Assembly: GCA_017450215.1 (NCBI GenBank)
Contig: JAFSVH010000057.1
Span: 11,154-75,153, forward strand
DNA length: 64,000 nucleotides
Origin: Bacilli bacterium
GTDB lineage: Bacteria > Bacillota_I > Bacilli_A > ML615J-28 > CAG-698
Reading direction: 5' to 3'
The notes under the pieces were generated by a model, which searched no databases, was not told the origin of the DNA, and worked only from the letters and a program-made list of their open reading frames with translations. This document shows positions 60,387 to 64,000 of the stretch, piece by piece (the stretch's first letter is position 1; the number at the start of each line of letters is the position of its first letter). Made by a program: the position numbers and the translations under genes.

Positions 60387-62456
60387 ATGTCACGTGAAAC
60401 ATCGCTTGAAATGACGCGTAATATAGGCATTATGGCTCATATTGATGCGGGTAAGACAACTGTTTCTGAAAGAATATTATACCATGCTGGTAAAATCCAT
60501 AAAATTGGAGAGACACATGATGGTGCTGCTCAAATGGATTGGATGGAACAAGAAAAAGAAAGGGGTATTACAATTACCTCAGCTGCTACAACAGCATTTT
60601 GGAAAGGTTATAGATTAAATATAATAGACACTCCAGGTCACGTAGATTTTACAGTTGAAGTAAGTAGATCTCTTAGAGTCTTGGATGGTGCAGTTACAGT
60701 GTTGGATGCTCAAGCTGGTGTTGAGCCTCAAACCGAAACTGTATGGCATCAAGCTACAGACTACCATGTTCCAAGAATTGTATATGTAAATAAAATGGAT
60801 AAGACTGGTGCTGATTTTGATTATTCAGTTGAAACTGTTCGTAATAGACTTGGAGCAAAGGCTTCTCCAATTCAACTTCCTATTGGAAGTGAATCTAATT
60901 TTGTTGGAATGATAGACTTGGTAACAATGAAAGCTTATAACTTCCCAGGTGACCCTGATGAAAGTTATACAGAAGTAGATGTTCCATCATCTTTAATTGA
61001 TAAAGCTAATGATTTGAGAAGTGAATTGATTGAAGCAGTTGCTGATTATGATGAAGATTTAATGATGATGTATTTGGATGGAGAAGAAATCGATAGTGAA
61101 TCTTTGAAGAAAGCAATTAGAAAAGCTACACTATCTGTTGAATTCTTCCCTGTTGTTTGCGGTACAGCTTTTAAGAACAAAGGTGTTAAGTTTGTGTTAG
61201 ATGCTATTGTTGATTATTTACCATCACCTCTTGATGTTCCAGCTATTGTTGGATTTGATTCAAAAGATAGAGAAATTGATGTTCATTCAAGTGATGATGA
61301 ACCATTTGCTGCTTTAGCATTCAAAGTTATGACTGACCCTTTTGTTGGAAAACTTACATTCTTTAGAGTTTATTCAGGTGTGTTAGAATCTGGTTCTTAT
61401 GTTTATAATTCAACGAAAGATGAAAAAGAAAGAATCGGAAGAATATTATTAATGCATGCGAATAACCGTACAGAAATAAAGGAAGCTCGTGCTGGTGATA
61501 TTGCTGCTGCTGTAGGACTTAAGAATACAACTACTGGAGATACTCTAAGTAGTGAAAAGAGAAAGGTAATATTAGAAAAGATGATATTCCCTGAACCTGT
61601 TATCTCAGTTGCTATTGAGCCTAAGACTAAAGGTGACCAAGATAAGATGGGAGTTGCTCTTGCTAAGCTTGCTGAAGAAGATCCTACATTCAGAACCTAT
61701 ACTAATGTTGAAACTGGTCAAACAATTATATCTGGAATGGGTGAATTACACTTAGACATTATTGTTGATAGAATGAAGAGAGAATTTAGAGTTGATGCAA
61801 ATGTTGGTGCACCTCAAGTTTCTTATCGTGAAACTATCAAAACTAGTGGTGAAGTTCAAGGAAAATTTGTTAGACAATCAGGTGGTCGTGGACAATATGG
61901 TGATGTTTGGATTAGATTTGAACCTAATCCTGGCAAGGGATTTGAATTTGTTGACGCAATAGTTGGTGGTGTTGTTCCTCGTGAATACATTCCAGCTGTT
62001 AGCAAAGGACTAGAAGCAAGTATGCAAACTGGTAATATGGCAGGATATCCAGTAATTGATATTAAAGCTACTTTGTTTGATGGATCTTATCATGAGGTCG
62101 ATTCAAGTCAAATAGCATTTGAGGTTGCTGCTAGTATGGCTTTCAAGGAATCTATTAATAAGTGTAAAACTGTATTATTAGAACCTATTATGGATGTTGA
62201 TGTAAGAGTTCCGGACGAATATTTAGGTACAGTAATTGGTGATTTAACTTCTCGTAGAGGTCGTATCAAAGGTCAAGAAGGCCATGGTAAGATTCAAAGT
62301 GTTAGAGCATCAGTTCCACTTGCTGAAATGTTCGGTTATGCTACTGCTTTGAGAAGTAATACTCAAGGTCGTGGAAATTATACAATGCAATTTGAGAGTT
62401 ATGAAGAATGTCCAAAGAGCATTGCTGAAGAAATCGTAAAGAAGAGATGTATGTAA
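60387..62456 (+). CDS. fusA: Elongation factor G
   Basis: [10 protein letters not shown]1 motif, DTPGHVDF and full-length EF-G. Confidence 0.97.
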   Translation: MSRETSLEMTRNIGIMAHIDAGKTTVSERILYHAGKIHKIGETHDGAAQMDWMEQEKERGITITSAATTAFWKGYRLNIIDTPGHVDFTVEVSRSLRVLDGAVTVLDAQAGVEPQTETVWHQATDYHVPRIVYVNKMDKTGADFDYSVETVRNRLGAKASPIQLPIGSESNFVGMIDLVTMKAYNFPGDPDESYTEVDVPSSLIDKANDLRSELIEAVADYDEDLMMMYLDGEEIDSESLKKAIRKATLSVEFFPVVCGTAFKNKGVKFVLDAIVDYLPSPLDVPAIVGFDSKDREIDVHSSDDEPFAALAFKVMTDPFVGKLTFFRVYSGVLESGSYVYNSTKDEKERIGRILLMHANNRTEIKEARAGDIAAAVGLKNTTTGDTLSSEKRKVILEKMIFPEPVISVAIEPKTKGDQDKMGVALAKLAEEDPTFRTYTNVETGQTIISGMGELHLDIIVDRMKREFRVDANVGAPQVSYRETIKTSGEVQGKFVRQSGGRGQYGDVWIRFEPNPGKGFEFVDAIVGGVVPREYIPAVSKGLEASMQTGNMAGYPVIDIKATLFDGSYHEVDSSQIAFEVAASMAFKESINKCKTVLLEPIMDVDVRVPDEYLGTVIGDLTSRRGRIKGQEGHGKIQSVRASVPLAEMFGYATALRSNTQGRGNYTMQFESYEECPKSIAEEIVKKRCM

Positions 62457-62609
62457 TAAAACAAATACATTAAATCTTAAAAAAATATAAATAAATTATA
62501 AATAAAATTATAATTTTTAAGCCAAAAAATAAAAAACATTGCTTTTTTGCTATTTATAAAGTATAATGAAAAAGGAAATAAATTAAAAATTTAGGAGGAA
62601 AAATAATTT

Positions 62610-63794
62610 ATGGCAAAAGAAAAGTTCGTGCGTAATAAACCACATGTAAACATTGGAACAATCGGTCACGTTGACCATGGTAAAACAACATTAACATCAG
62701 CTATTACTAAAGTTTTAGCTAAGAAGGGTCAAGCTAAGGAAATGGCTTATGACCAAATCGATGGTGCTCCAGAAGAAAAAGCTCGTGGTATAACGATCAA
62801 TACTGCACACGTTGAATATGAAACTGAAAAACGTCACTACGCTCATGTAGACTGCCCAGGACATGCTGACTACGTTAAAAACATGATTACAGGTGCTGCA
62901 CAAATGGATGGTGCTATCCTTGTTATCGCTGCTACAGATGGCCCTATGGCTCAAACTCGTGAACACATCTTACTTGCTCGTCAAGTAGGTGTTCCTCGTA
63001 TCATTGTTTTCTTAAACAAGTGCGATATGGTAGATGATGAAGAATTATTAGAATTAGTTGAAATGGAAGTTCGTGATCTATTAAGCGAATATGGATTCCC
63101 TGGAGATGAAATTCCAATCATCAGAGGTTCTGCATTTGATGCTATGAATGGTGATCCAGCTGCTGAAGAAAAGATCGTTGAATTAATGAACGTTGTTGAT
63201 GAATATATCCCAACTCCAATTCGTGAAACTGATAAGCCATTCTTAATGCCTGTTGAAGACGTATTCTCAATCACAGGTCGTGGAACAGTTGCTACAGGAC
63301 GTGTTGAACGTGGTACAGTAGTAGTTGGTGATCCAGTTGAAATCGTTGGTATTAGACCTACTCAAAACACTGTTGTAACAGGTGTTGAAATGTTCAGAAA
63401 GTTATTAGACAAGGCTGAAGCTGGTGATAACATTGGTACATTATTAAGAGGTATCACTCGTGACCAAGTTGAACGTGGACAAGTATTAGCTAAACCTAAA
63501 TCAGTTACACCTCATACAGTATTCAAAGCTCAAGTTTACGTATTAACAAAAGAAGAAGGTGGACGTCATACTCCATTCTTCACTAACTATCGTCCTCAAT
63601 TCTATTTCAGAACTACAGACGTTACAGGTGTTATTGAATTATTAGCTGGCGTTGAAATGGTTATGCCTGGCGATAACGCTGAATTAAAAGTTGAATTAAT
63701 TCACCCAATCGCTATCGAATTAGGTACTAAGTTCTCTATCCGTGAAGGTGGTAGAACTGTAGGTGCTGGTAACGTTACAGAAATCATTAAATAA
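62610..63794 (+). CDS. tuf: Elongation factor Tu
   Basis: [18 protein letters not shown] and NKCD are canonical EF-Tu motifs. Confidence 0.97.
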   Translation: MAKEKFVRNKPHVNIGTIGHVDHGKTTLTSAITKVLAKKGQAKEMAYDQIDGAPEEKARGITINTAHVEYETEKRHYAHVDCPGHADYVKNMITGAAQMDGAILVIAATDGPMAQTREHILLARQVGVPRIIVFLNKCDMVDDEELLELVEMEVRDLLSEYGFPGDEIPIIRGSAFDAMNGDPAAEEKIVELMNVVDEYIPTPIRETDKPFLMPVEDVFSITGRGTVATGRVERGTVVVGDPVEIVGIRPTQNTVVTGVEMFRKLLDKAEAGDNIGTLLRGITRDQVERGQVLAKPKSVTPHTVFKAQVYVLTKEEGGRHTPFFTNYRPQFYFRTTDVTGVIELLAGVEMVMPGDNAELKVELIHPIAIELGTKFSIREGGRTVGAGNVTEIIK

Positions 63795-63824
63795 TATTTA
63801 AATTATTATTTTGATATAACCTAG

Positions 63825-63862
63825 AATATCTAACTAGTCTTTTGATTAGTTAGATATTTTGG
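63825..63862 (+). terminator. Rho-independent terminator after tuf
   Basis: AATATCTAACTAGTC-TTTTGA-TTAGTTAGATATT followed by TTGG. Confidence 0.55.
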
Positions 63863-64000
63863 CTCTATCAATAATTTTGTTGATTTGTAATATTTTTATT
63901 TTATTTTTATGAGCATAAATGCTCTCTCTCAAGAAGTTTGTTGATGAGCATTGTCAAGAAGTTTGTTGATAGATATAAAGAAGACCTAACTAGTCAAATA

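Noticed and set aside
1-64000. CRISPR arrays, tRNA or rRNA genes, and prophage integrase or att sites
   Set aside because: No regularly spaced direct repeats with unique spacers were seen. No tRNA-like T-arm motif (GGTTCGAATCC type) appears in intergenic regions. No tyrosine or serine recombinase ORF is present. The only short tandem repeats are the AT-rich 10-14-bp units at 8476 and 58360, with fewer than 3 copies each.

Overview
The window is a chromosomal segment from a very AT-rich, low-GC Firmicutes-type genome with the standard genetic code, probably a gut anaerobe of the Clostridia or Erysipelotrichia type. The housekeeping backbone comprises alr, glyA, ppdK, xpt, a nucleoside ABC transporter, hypA and hypB, tldD and tldE, and the rpsL-rpsG-fusA-tuf str operon at the 3' end. 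Accessory content is interspersed: a T-box-controlled trpXYZ-like ABC transporter, one IS3-family (IS150-like) insertion sequence, two unrelated orphan AAA/STAND-type ATPase genes, cell-wall recycling enzymes (NagZ, LD-carboxypeptidase, VanX-like dipeptidase, amidase) and several unusual domain architectures. No rRNA, tRNA or CRISPR array was seen. The most interesting candidate is a single 743-aa protein that fuses a class-II-phosphodiesterase-like MBL-fold hydrolase, a 6-TM membrane domain and a class III nucleotidyl cyclase. Other points of note are a hypB-[FeS flavoprotein]-hypA arrangement with no hydrogenase genes, a 51-bp perfect direct repeat bracketing an ATPase gene, an IS inserted into the loop of an intergenic terminator hairpin, and a PspA-less YdjGHI-like SPFH module with tandem zinc-ribbon repeats. 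All calls come from reading the translated ORFs and the DNA by eye; no database search was possible.
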